From Mobula hypostoma (taxonomy: Eukaryota): 64,000 bases of DNA. Below, piece after piece: positions 53,530-64,000 of this stretch (within the stretch, counting starts at the first letter, position 1; every line of letters starts with the position of its first letter). A program made the position numbers and the translations under genes. Under the pieces are notes generated by a model that was given only the letters and a program-made list of their open reading frames with translations, was not told where the DNA came from and made no database searches. Where the stretch lies: NCBI RefSeq assembly GCF_963921235.1, contig NC_086097.1, positions 215,266,001 through 215,330,000 on the forward strand. The letters are read 5' to 3'.

Positions 53530-54365
53530 TATCTTGTTAGAAGGAATAAAGGCATAGACTATTTTCTAAATAGTGACAAAATTCAGAAATCAGAGGAGCA
53601 AAGGGACTTGAGAGTCCTAGTGCAAGATTCTCTAAAGGTTAACTTGCAGTTGAGTAAGGAAGGCAGATGCAATGTTAGCATTCATTTAGAGAGGACGAGA
53701 ATATAAAGCAAGGATATAAAGTCGAGGCTTTATAAAGCATTGATCAGTGTGCACTTGGAGCATTGTGAGTAATTTTGGGGCCCTTATCTAAGAAATGATG
53801 TGCTGGCATTGGAGAGGTTCTAGAGATGGTTCACAAGAGCAATTCCAGGATCGGAAAGATTAATCTTTGAGGAGCTCTGGCCCTGTACTTGCTGGAGTTT
53901 AGAAGAATGGGGGGGGGTGGGGAGTCTTATTGAAACCTATTGAATATTGAAAGGACTAGATAAAGTGGATGTGAAGAGGAGAGAGCAAACCCTCAGAATA
54001 GAGGCAACACACATCAAAGTTGCTGGTGAATGCAGCAGGCCAGGCAGCATCTATAGGAAGAGGTACTGTCGACGTTTCAGGCCGAGACCCTTCGTCAGAA
54101 TAGAGGGATGTCTATTTAGAACATAAATGTAGAGAAATTTTTAGCCAGGAAGTAATGAATCTTTGGAATTCATTGTCACAGATAGCTATGGTGGCCAAGT
54201 CATTGGGTATATTTAAAGTGGAGATTTATAGGTTCTTGATTAGTAAGAGCAACAAAAGTTATGAGCAAGAGAATGGCTTTGAGCGGAATAACAAATCAGC
54301 CATGACAGCATGGCAGGGCAGATTAGAGAGGCCAAATGGTTTAATTCTGCTCCTATGTCTTATGA
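53530..54365 (+). mobile_element. CR1 3' fragment containing a short Penelope insert (54005-54098)
   Basis: IQKSEEQRDLRVLVQDSLKVN; NLWNSL. Confidence 0.75.
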
Positions 54366-55744
54366 ACTAACTACCTGATAATTAAACAGCTGCCAGTGTT
54401 TGGAGTCATAACACGAAGCTACATAACAGGAAGTAATAAACACCAACAATATTCTGGATGAGAATGAAAAAGCTACTGCAAGGGGTCTGACATTGCATCA
54501 GAATAACACTCTAATTGTAACCATAAAAGAGAGGGAATCTCTTTGAATATTACTGGAAGTGTTCCGAAGACTTCATTGAGATGACAAAAAGAAACAACTA
54601 CAGCCTTGTGTAGAACTAAATGATTTACTTTGGTATGTGAGTAACTAGAAACACGGGCAGCTAAGGAGAAGGCTGAGGCTATCATAAGAGGCAAAAAGCT
54701 CTGAGACATTGCTGAGTTCCTGTTAGGCAGGATGTTACAGTATGGTAGATTTCTATTTGACATTACTGCAGCAACAAACAACTTGTTGGAAGAACTCAGT
54801 TGGTCATATGGTATCTGGGGGTGCGGGTTGGCGGAGAGGGAAGGAACTGTCGATGTTTCAGATCAAGCTCCTACATCAGGACCCGAACCATCAATAATTC
54901 CTTCTCCCCCCAACATCTCCTGATCAGTCCATTGAGTTCCTCCGGTAAAATGTTCTTGCTCCAGATTCCATCATCTGCAGTCTGCAGTGACATTACAGCT
55001 GTTATCATTCATTATTAGAGAAATCTGAAGCAGGACAGACGGGGAAAGATGGGGAATATGTTCTGTGAAGTTGCTTCTCAGTGGATTATGACACTACCTT
55101 TGTGCTTTAAGTTGCTTGCAATGCTGTACGGTGAAAGATTAACCCTTGTCCTTGTTGAATGTCTCACCACCATTGTTGCATGGAACATAACAGAACTCTG
55201 ATTATTACTGTGGGAATAACACTGTGAGAATGCATTATTACCGTGGGACCAACCACAGAAGCATGAAAGCTCGTAGAACACAGGTGGGACTTGTGAAGAG
55301 TGGTGACAGGTGATGTTTTGGTGCTTTGAGATGGTGCGATACGTACTGTAGCATTTCACTTCAGTATACTAATAGAGCAGTCGGTAAGCTTGGAGGTAGT
55401 TTTTTCACGGCATCACCAATGGGGTGGTCACAAACAGTGGCGGATGAACAGAATGGGAGATGTGCTGCAGAGAGAGGGGCTGCCCGATGGGTTGGACAGG
55501 CAAGCTGTACCTCCGACTGTTAAAGATTGTACACCATCTCATGTCTATATGAAAGGGATTAGGGTTCCTGAAAAAGAGGGGGAGCCAGAGAGGTGCTTTT
55601 CGGCCGCTAACGGCAATCATGGGGTAGCAAGGCAACATAGTGGTTAACACAACACCATTACAGCTTGGAGTGTTGTCGTTCAGAGTTCATTTCTGGTGTC
55701 CTCTGAGGGGAAAGAGCATGTGGGGTAGCAGAACGGCAAACAGT

Positions 55745-56635
55745 GGTGAAAGGTTGCTACCCCTCATCCTACAACAGGGAAAGTGGTAACAGCCGAGGGG
55801 AAGGGAGGATCCAGCCAGCTGGTAGAGCTGGTAGCCGTGAACCTGCGCCTACGTGAGGTTACAGGACTCCTGGGCCGTGGCGAATGGCATGCCGTATGGA
55901 TACCCCAACAGCGTGGGCAACATTGAGAGATAGATGGACGGCCCCTATTGGGAAAGCATATGGGACAACTCCAGCAATTCATTTTTACACACTTCTCAAG
56001 ACACAGAAGAGGCACAACACAAAGCTGCTGTTGACAGCGCGGCTCAGATAATGTCAGCTACAGTGACACCAGAGGAGAAATAGTCAGGTTGCTTGGCCGT
56101 GTACACATATCAAAAAAGTGGGCATCTAGGGGTAGAAACATAGAAACATAAAATCATAGAAAATAGGTGCAGGAGCAGGCCATTCGGCCCTTCGAGCCTG
56201 CACCGCCATTCAGTATGATCATGGCTGATCATCCAACTCAGAACCCTGTACCAGCCTTCTCCCCACCCCCATACCCCCTGATCCCTTTAGCCCCAAGGGC
56301 CATATCTAACTCCCTCTTAAATATAGCCAATGAACTGGCCTCAACTGTTTCCTGTGACAGAGAATTCCACAGATTCACCACTCTCTGTGTGAAGAAGTTT
56401 TTCCTAATCTCGGTCCTAAAAGGCCTCCCCTTTATCCTCAAACTGTGACTGTGGGTAGGAGGAGTGAGGCAATGGGCAGAAGCCCGAGAGCTGGCTCCTT
56501 CATGTGAAGCCAAAACAGTGGCAGCCGATTGCCCAACACACCAGCAGGTGAAGCCAAGGGGATGGCCAGAGAGCCCCTAGGGACAAATCCGGAGAGGTAC
56601 GGCGGCAGGCCAGGTTAGACAAGCAGGCAACATGA
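55745..56635 (+). pseudogene. ERV pol remnant: RNase H and integrase N-terminus
   Basis: GKGGSSQLVELVAV, DSWAVANGM, SGHLGV|GGVRQWAEAR..CPTHQQ..GQIRRG; resembles ERV-L pol (SSQWAEL, TDSWAVANG, GHGG..AWAQ..CPICQQ). Confidence 0.8.
56136..56452 (-). mobile_element. Young CR1 3' end inserted in the ERV integrase
   Basis: TSD gggtag (56130-56135, 56453-56458); (aaacatag)n tail. Confidence 0.9.
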
Positions 56636-56840
56636 ACTCCAAACCTGCTGGTCGGGGAGGATTGCTGACGTCCCAATGTTTGGGAGAATCTGACCAACCC
56701 CCCCCCCCACCTCCAAAAGTAGAAGAGGTAGAATTGGAAGAGGACTGGGAAAGGTATGGGTACAATAACTAACTGGGCTGTGGGAGAGGGGTGGACCAGG
56801 AAATACAGCTTCTGGGAGTACAACGATTAACTGAAAGTGT

Positions 56841-57860
56841 GTGGCAGTGTCCTTCCCTACACTGCAGACATTGCTGCTGCTCCTCGACACAATGGTGACG
56901 GTGATCTCGACTAACACCTTTCTCAGAACGTGGTATGAACATCCTCATCGTCTGAACGTATCGATCTTCCAGATTCCTATGCACTCAGGCACGGGAGCAC
57001 AGATCCCCGTCTCTCTGAGCGACACCGAACACTGGCCATGGAATGAATTCGTCATGAACTTGGCAGCTACAACTGCTGATGGGACTGTAAACGAGGATGT
57101 GTTTTAGGGATGGTATGTACCGGCATATGGTCAGACAAAGCCCAAAGTACCAACATTGAACATAATACTGTGACCCAGGAAGAATTGCCGTTACCATTAT
57201 GATGTGTAGTTTCCAATAGGAAGTGGCTTATGTACCTGTATGCACAGAGCAGTGTGGCACTACTAGAGTGGGGATATACTGTTTTGGGGCAGGCTTGTGT
57301 CCCACATTGAGTGGCACTTACGGGCTGTGTGGTTCCCGGGCCTACTCTTGGCTCCTGCTGGACTGGTCCTGCTGCTGCTGTCCAGAGTATTTTGTGCCAT
57401 ACGTGTGTCACATTGATGATCTAACTGAGCACACAACCCACAAGTCAAGCCATCAGAAAAGGGGTATCACGGAGGCTGATTGGTTGTGAAGGATAGTTTT
57501 TGCCTCATATTGTACTGCCCAGTTATCAAGGGTGGTCATGCCATTGGCCTCAGACAGAATGAATGGCATGGGATTATAAGTACCTGTGCCATAATAGACC
57601 AGGAGTGTGATATGTATATTCTTGATGAGTCATGAAATTCAACAGATTTGTCTGACCATATCTAATCATCGGTAGATAAGTTACATAACGTAGGATATCA
57701 GTTCCATATCTATTATAATCCAGGAGAGAGCTGGTGGTCCTTTGGAGTGCCAGGAGCCTGGTGGCCTACCATCATGCGCTGGGATGTAACTGTAGCCATT
57801 TTGTTTTTATGCTCAGTAGTTTTGCAACTTGCTTGTAGGGCATCCATAATGGTTGTATTG
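56841..57860 (+). pseudogene. ERV env remnant (gamma-type)
   Basis: Signal-like TLLLLL, NTFL..HRLNVS, SU-like GTYGLCGSRAYSWL, furin-like HQKR|GIT, ISD remnant QN-MAWDY, CX6CC remnant TCAIIDQECDMYILDES. Confidence 0.8.
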
Positions 57861-59496
57861 AAGCCTGCAACGAGATGTTACGCCGTTCCAACATTCGAGG
57901 GGTAGGTTGTATTGTAAAGGATGAATCCTTGTGCTTGTAAAATGTCTCACCACCACTGTGGCCATGAACATAACAGAACTTTGATTACTACTATGGGATA
58001 CACCATGGGAATGCATTACTACTGTGAGTACAACCATGGGAGCATGAAAGTTAGTAGAACACGGGTGGGAATCGTGAAGAGTGTTGACAAGTGATGATTG
58101 GCTCTGATTCGGTGGTTTGAGATGGTGCAGTATTTCACAGCAGTGCAAAGAGTATAAAAATAGAGGGGTTGGGGAGCTTGTGGTTAGTTTTATTTGGGTC
58201 TCACTGATGGGTTGGTTGCGAACAGCGCCGTGGATCAATAGAACGTGAGATGTGCTGCACACCTAGGTAAGTATTTTAATGCTATCTTTGTTCTGTTCTA
58301 ATAAATAAAGTTTTTTAGTTTTAATCAGATAATTGGACTTTCAAAATTCCATTTCCAGGGATGCTCCTCCTGTCTGAAACAGCTTTGAAGTTACGTCTGA
58401 TACGACATTGACTTATACGTGATAAATGAACTCATGGTATTGGTCTACTACAATCATTAGGCTGTATGAATATGTAAATGACTGTTTCATTCCCAGTCCC
58501 AAAAAAGGATTGGCATGAATGGAGTTGGGCGGTTTCTTTGGAATTCTTTGTCCCAGGGGTTAGATCATGAGAAATATTTAAGATAGAGGTAGATAAATAT
58601 TTTATAGATTAAGGAGTTGAAGGCTAGGAGGAACTGGCATAGAACAGGGACTGGGCCAACATAAATCAGCAAAGTTCATATTGAATGGTGGGACAGGCTT
58701 GAGGAGAGCTGGGGTCAACTCCAGTCCTTCTTTTCTTTTGCTCTTAGGTGCTCATGAAAAATTCGTAGAGTATTGCTTTGCGATTAATTTACCGAACAAT
58801 GTTGTCTGTCAGTAGGATACATAACCATAGCTAGGTAGTATCAGACTAATATTCTTTTCTTCAGTTCAGATACATGGTAGAATTGACCTATTGTACTCCA
58901 AGGGAAAATGCAGTGAATCATGAAGGCTGCAGTCCTTGTAAATTCTCTGCTCACTCATTCTCTTCCCTTTGTCAAGGGAGAATGTGATTAAGCCATCTTT
59001 CTTTGAACAGGGCACCTCAGTAAACTCCCTTACACAATAGTAAACTGTGAGGTATGATTACCTCCTGCACTGGATTGGAATGAATCTGAAGCACAGAGCG
59101 TATAAGATTCTGAGAGACATTGAAAGGATATATGCTGTGAGCATTTCCTCTGGTAGGGGTAAGCTAGAACCATAGGTCTTCGTCTCAGGATAAAGGATCA
59201 GCAATTTAAGACTGAGGATAAGAAAAATTACTTTTCTCACAGAACTGTAAATTATTGGGAGCTCGATTTAGTGAACCATTAAGTACCTGTATATTGACGG
59301 ACGAGACGTGGATATTTGGGTCAATAGAGAATCAAGGATGAGACAAAAAAAAGCTTTAACGACAGCAAAAAGAATATTTTATGTTCTTCTGAAAGTGCTT
59401 AATTACAATTCATTTTGCAGCCATTTCAATACTGAGTAAAAACCCTTGTGATTCAGCAGTCAGATATTTTGCTCTGTGATAAGAGGCTGTTTTATT

Positions 59497-59515
59497 CATC
59501 CACTAGAGGGTGTTG
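59497..59515 (+). promoter_or_regulatory. CTCF-like motif
   Basis: atCCACTAGAGGGtgtt resembles the CCACYAGRGGGC core and lies in unique sequence; motif match only. Confidence 0.35.
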
Positions 59516-60667
59516 ATAGCAATAGGATTACAGTAAGTTACACACACCAGTCTTAGAGTCCTGAAGTTTATCATAAACACCAAAATAGACCTTGAACCTC
59601 CCTGGGGTTGTGACTGTGTCAGTAGTAGGTAGGTGCCCCCTACTGATCTAGCTAGATGTGACCACTTGTTTGAAGCTCTTCTTGCCCTTTATCTTGTCCG
59701 TGTTCCTGCATCTTGCCCTGTTCTGTGTGCAGCTCCAAAACATGCAGTGTTTCAAAACTTGGCAGTGTCTCATATCTGAACAGAAGGCTTGAAGTCAGGG
59801 AATAAAAATCTTTACCGACACACATTAAACACCAACTTGAAATAACTGAAGCAAGTGCCAAAATGTGTAGAATTGCAACATGAGGAAATAAATCATCAAC
59901 CCTCCTGCAGATGATCTCCTTTACTTCTGACAACAGAGGCTTAATCCCATCATTAAGTGCCTCTTGACTGTTCAAGATAAAGTAACAACAGTAATTAGGA
60001 TGCAAAGGTTTGATGTATCATCAAGTCTCATTTGCTCCCTTGATCTATGTGCTGATTATTCTCCCAGTGGAATTTTTAAGAACAGAGTCCTTTACCAAGA
60101 TGGCAGCAAGAGACTATGTCAAAGATGTATTCATGCAGAGGACATATTAAACCCCAGGGGGGCTCGAAGTTCCCAATTACTGGGTGCTACCAAGCTCAAC
60201 TTCACCTCTAACCTTCCCAAGGTTTGCTGCATACAGCTGGATGCAAAACTGAAGATGAGACTAACCAGAGCATTACAAGGCTAGGGTATGACATGTGTCC
60301 CCTTGCATTCAGTTCTCCTAAGTTAAAACCTAACATTTCATTCACCTCTTCAGGTATTATCATCATGCAACAATATTATTTTATAAAGCTTTTAGAACAA
60401 GAATCAGGGTTATTATCACTGTCTTACATAATGTGAAATTTGTTGTTTTGCGGCAACATTAAAGGGCAAAAGTATAACATTGCTTTAACTTTAAAAACAA
60501 ATAAATAGTACAAAGAAAGGAATAATCAGGTAGTGTTCACAGACTGTTCATAAATGTAATAACGCAGGAGAAGAAATTGTTCCTAATTGTTGAGTGTGGG
60601 TCTTGAGGGTCCTGTACTTCTTTGCTTCCTCTCTGATGATAGTAATGAAAAGAGGACATTTCTTGGA

Positions 60668-61672
60668 TGTTGCATATTTAATTTCAATAATATTTGAATC
60701 ATATTGTAAATATATCCATTGATTAAGCACTCTTTGGTGTTTACATAATCCATTACTTTATATGTTAAAGTACATAAATGGCATACATCATTATGGCACC
60801 ACATCATATGTGCACACCTCACTAAAGTAAGAACAAAATAGACACCTTTATCCTGGTCTCCTGTGTTTTTCTTTCAGTTAGTTTATGGAGTTACATAAAC
60901 TAACTGAAAGAAAAACACAGGAGATCAGGATAATAGTGTTGACGAGGTAGTTTTAAAGCCAACTCCAGACAGCCACCTACCAGTTGAAGCATGGCGAGAC
61001 ATTTGAATTTTAAAAATATTTTCTTCACAAGAGGAGAAAAATGGTCAAGTAAAGTGCAGCATGTTTCATTTTTCTTTGCAAGAAGAGAGAAATGTTCCAG
61101 TTTTTAAAAAAAGCGCAGCACGCATCTCTTCAGAAGAGGGAGGCAGAGAGAGTCAAGTTAAAAAAGGCAGAAACAGACAAAATTCATGGATTCATAAATA
61201 GTGAGTGATAATATTAATAATCATCATTTTTTAAAAAAGCTGGCGACATTGGAAAGAAAGATGTGTTTGATTGCAAAGAAGATAACCGATTGATATATAA
61301 AGAACAAATTAAGCAGCATTTTAAAGCAAATGGAATAGCTGATGAGAAGTGAGTGCCAGTTTTGCTGATTGCAATTGGTGGAAGAGCATAGAGTTTGCTT
61401 AGAGGTTTGACTACTCTGAGCCAATGTGCTTTGCTGATATTGTGCACGTAATGCAGAAACATTTAGAACTGAAGCTATTGTTGATGGCAGAAAATTTTGT
61501 TTCACAAGCAGATTCAAAATGAAGGTGAGTCCATTTTAGTTAATGTGGCTGAATTGAAGAAATTGTCTGACCATTGCCAGTTCAGTAATCAGTTTAATAT
61601 TGCACTGAGAGATTGATTACTTTGTGGAATCTTGCAAGAACGCATTTAAAATGGCTCCAAACTGAAGCACAT
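60668..61672 (+). mobile_element. Gypsy 5' LTR and gag remnant
   Basis: LTR begins tgttgcatatt (related to the 20920-21110 LTR); gag remnant FKANGIADEK*VPVLL..QNEGES..AELKKLSDHCQF, same family as 32767-33127. Confidence 0.8.
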
Positions 61673-61744
61673 GGTGGCTGGGTCATCTCCATATGATATC
61701 AGATGCAATATCCAGTGTGTAGGGCAGTGGCCCAGTTTTCATTG

Positions 61745-63025
61745 AGTCATAGAGAAGGACAGAACAGGAGCATGCCCTTTGACCCATCTAGTCCATGCTG
61801 AAAACATTTATACTGCCTACTTCCATCAACCTGCACCAGGAACCCTACTATTCACATACTTATTCAAACTTCTCTTAAACATTGAAATCAAGCTCGCATA
61901 TACCACTTGTGCTGGCAGCTCATTCCACACTCTCACGACCCTCTGAATGAAAAAGTATCCCGTCATGTTTCCCTTGAACTTCTCACCTTTATCCCATCAC
62001 TTCTGGTTGCAGTCCCACCCAAACTCAGTGGCAAAAGCCTGCTTGCATTTACCCTATATATACTACTCATAATTTTGTATATCTTTAACAAATCTTCTCT
62101 CAATCTTCTACATTCTAAGAAATAAAGTCCTTACCTATTCAATCTTTCCTTATAACTCAGGTCCTCCAGACCTAGCAACATCCTTGTAAATTTTCTCTGT
62201 ATTCTTTCAACCTTATTTACATCTTTCCTCTAGTTAGGTGACCAAAATTGCAGACAATACTCCAAATTAGACCTCACCAACATCTTATACAGCTTCAATA
62301 TAACATCTGATCTTCTGTACTTAGTACATAGATTTATGAAAGTCAATGTGCCAAACACTTGTTTTAAACCTTACTTACCTATGATGCAACTTCCAATGAA
62401 TTATGGACCTGTATTCCCACATATCTTTGTTCTACTACATTCCACAGTGCCCCAATGTTCACTGTGTAAGACCTACCCTGGGTGATCCCACCAAAGTATA
62501 AAACCCTGCACTTGTCTGCATTAAATTCTATCTGCCATTTTCAGTCCATTTTTCCAGCTGATACAGATCCCTCTGCAAGCCATGATAGGCTTCCTCACTG
62601 TCCACTACACCTCCAAACTTGGTGTCATCCACAAATTTACTGATCCAGTTAACCACATCCAGATCTTTGGTATAGATGTCATGCAGATCTTTGGTATAGA
62701 TGACAAACAACAAAGGACCCAGAACTAATCACTGCAGCACATCACTAATCACAGGCCTCCAGTCAGAGAGGCAACCCTCTAATATCACTCTCAGGCTTTT
62801 CCCACAAGGCCAATGTCTAATCCAATTTACTACCTCATCCTAAACGCTGAGCAAGTGAACTTTCTTGACTAACCTCCCATGTGGGACCTTGTCAAATGCC
62901 TCACTAAAGTCCATGTGGACAGCATCCACTGCCTTGCATTTATCCACATTCCTGGTAACTTCCTTGAAAATTCTATAGGATTTGTTAGACATGACCAACC
63001 ATGCATGAAGCCATGCTGAGTATCC
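61745..63025 (-). mobile_element. CR1 RT/3' fragment
   Basis: LFVIY..ISKFVDDTK; QHGFMHGWSCLTN. Confidence 0.8.
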
Positions 63026-64000
63026 TTAATTTTTCTGAGTACCCACTCTTGATCAGCTTCGTAATCCGTCACTTGGACTGCTTTTCGAGGAGTGAAGCAT
63101 TGAACCTCTTTGTTGGAGGAGCCTTCAATTTTTCTCAGCTATTTGTCCTGCCTACTCCTTCTGAGACTGGGTTTGAGGAGACAGGGTTCAACCCATGAAT
63201 ATCATAGCTGGTGAGTTGTTAATCGTGGAGTGTGCTGCATTGTGCTATGTAAGAAGGAAATTGACAAGCTTCTGACTCAGTGTTAGTGTAGTGTGTTCTG
63301 CTGACGTTACTCACACTGCATTCTTTATACTCACAAAAGCCGAATGCCTGCAACTTCCCTGAAGCTCCTTGAACTCTCTTCCAGCTTAAAACCAAGCAAC
63401 ATTTCACAAGTAGCTGCCCGATTAACATATCAGAAGCTTTCTCCGATAAGTTGGCAACAAAAACTGTGTAGTCGGACCAATACTTCTGTCACTTTCATGA
63501 ATCCTCTGAGCAGGATGGTCTCTTCCTTGGTCCAATATGCTTCTGAACCAAAGGCACCTGTTAGCCCTCTGTTGGGCAAGGGTTAATGTCATACAGCAGG
63601 GAGACAGTTGTGGCATCATCCAATACCTTTCTTAATTCGCTTTCAGTTGACTATTGCAGGGGGTGTGGGATGGATCTGTAATCAAGCTGTAGATGTCTCA
63701 GCACCCACATCCTCTCAATGCCGGCCTTCCTGTTTTTATCACATACAAGCCCCATGTGACTCGTTGGTTGTTGTATTTCACTGTTACAAATGTCTTTCCC
63801 ACAGGAGTTATTTTTTCTCCGATATAATTTTTTTTTGGTTGGATATCCGCAGGCTTTGGTTCAGTATCTTTGAAATGCTGTTCAAGCTCATTTACTAGAA
63901 TGACTGAAATAGTTGAGTCAGCGTCCAATTACATTTTACTTAATTTTCCTCTCATATCTGGTATAAGCATATTGCTTGCCAATTGTTAATTTTCACATTG
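63025..64000 (-). mobile_element. Gypsy remnant (protease, RBM25 insert, integrase C-terminus); runs off the window end
   Basis: Protease LDADSTISVI at about 63900-63930; after the insert, the integrase tail (SQKLVNFLL..AAHSTINNSPAMIFMG...DQEWVLRKIK). Confidence 0.85.
63321..63557 (-). pseudogene. RBM25: Second intronless RBM25 fragment within a Gypsy element
   Basis: EKASDMLIGQLLVKCCLVLSWKRVQGASGKLQAFGFCEYKE. Confidence 0.92.

Larger units (their letters stand above)
55125..58407 (+). mobile_element. Degraded endogenous retrovirus (class III-like pol, gamma-type env, two LTRs)
   Basis: Direct repeats 55125-55469 and 57908-about 58407; PPT gaggggtagg before the 3' LTR; RNase H, integrase zinc-finger and env remnants between them. 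Right end approximate; no TSD found. Confidence 0.85.

Overview
Repeat-dense vertebrate genomic DNA. The repeat repertoire points to a cartilaginous fish, probably a ray; this is inferred, not verified. It includes CR1 LINEs with an SGNH-esterase ORF1, V/HE1-type tRNA SINEs, Rex1/Babar LINEs and Penelope-derived short repeats. No intact, recognisable host protein-coding gene was found, only a few candidate minus-strand exons. Most of the window is nested transposable elements: CR1 (two near-full-length copies), Rex1/Babar, two HERO-type RLE retrotransposons, a Penelope GIY-YIG element, Tigger, hAT, Gypsy pieces and solo LTRs. Four things stand out. (1) A non-autonomous Gypsy family in which an intronless fragment of host RBM25 (RRM region) replaces the RT/RNase H region; it occurs twice with the same junction. 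(2) A degraded endogenous retrovirus with class III (ERV-L/S-like) pol and a gamma-type env, with a splice donor inside the LTR. (3) Minimal hammerhead ribozyme motifs in Penelope repeats. (4) A permuted hammerhead-like motif, with different but complementary stems, shared by the 3' UTRs of two divergent HERO elements. All family calls come from recognising motifs by eye; boundaries without a TSD are approximate.
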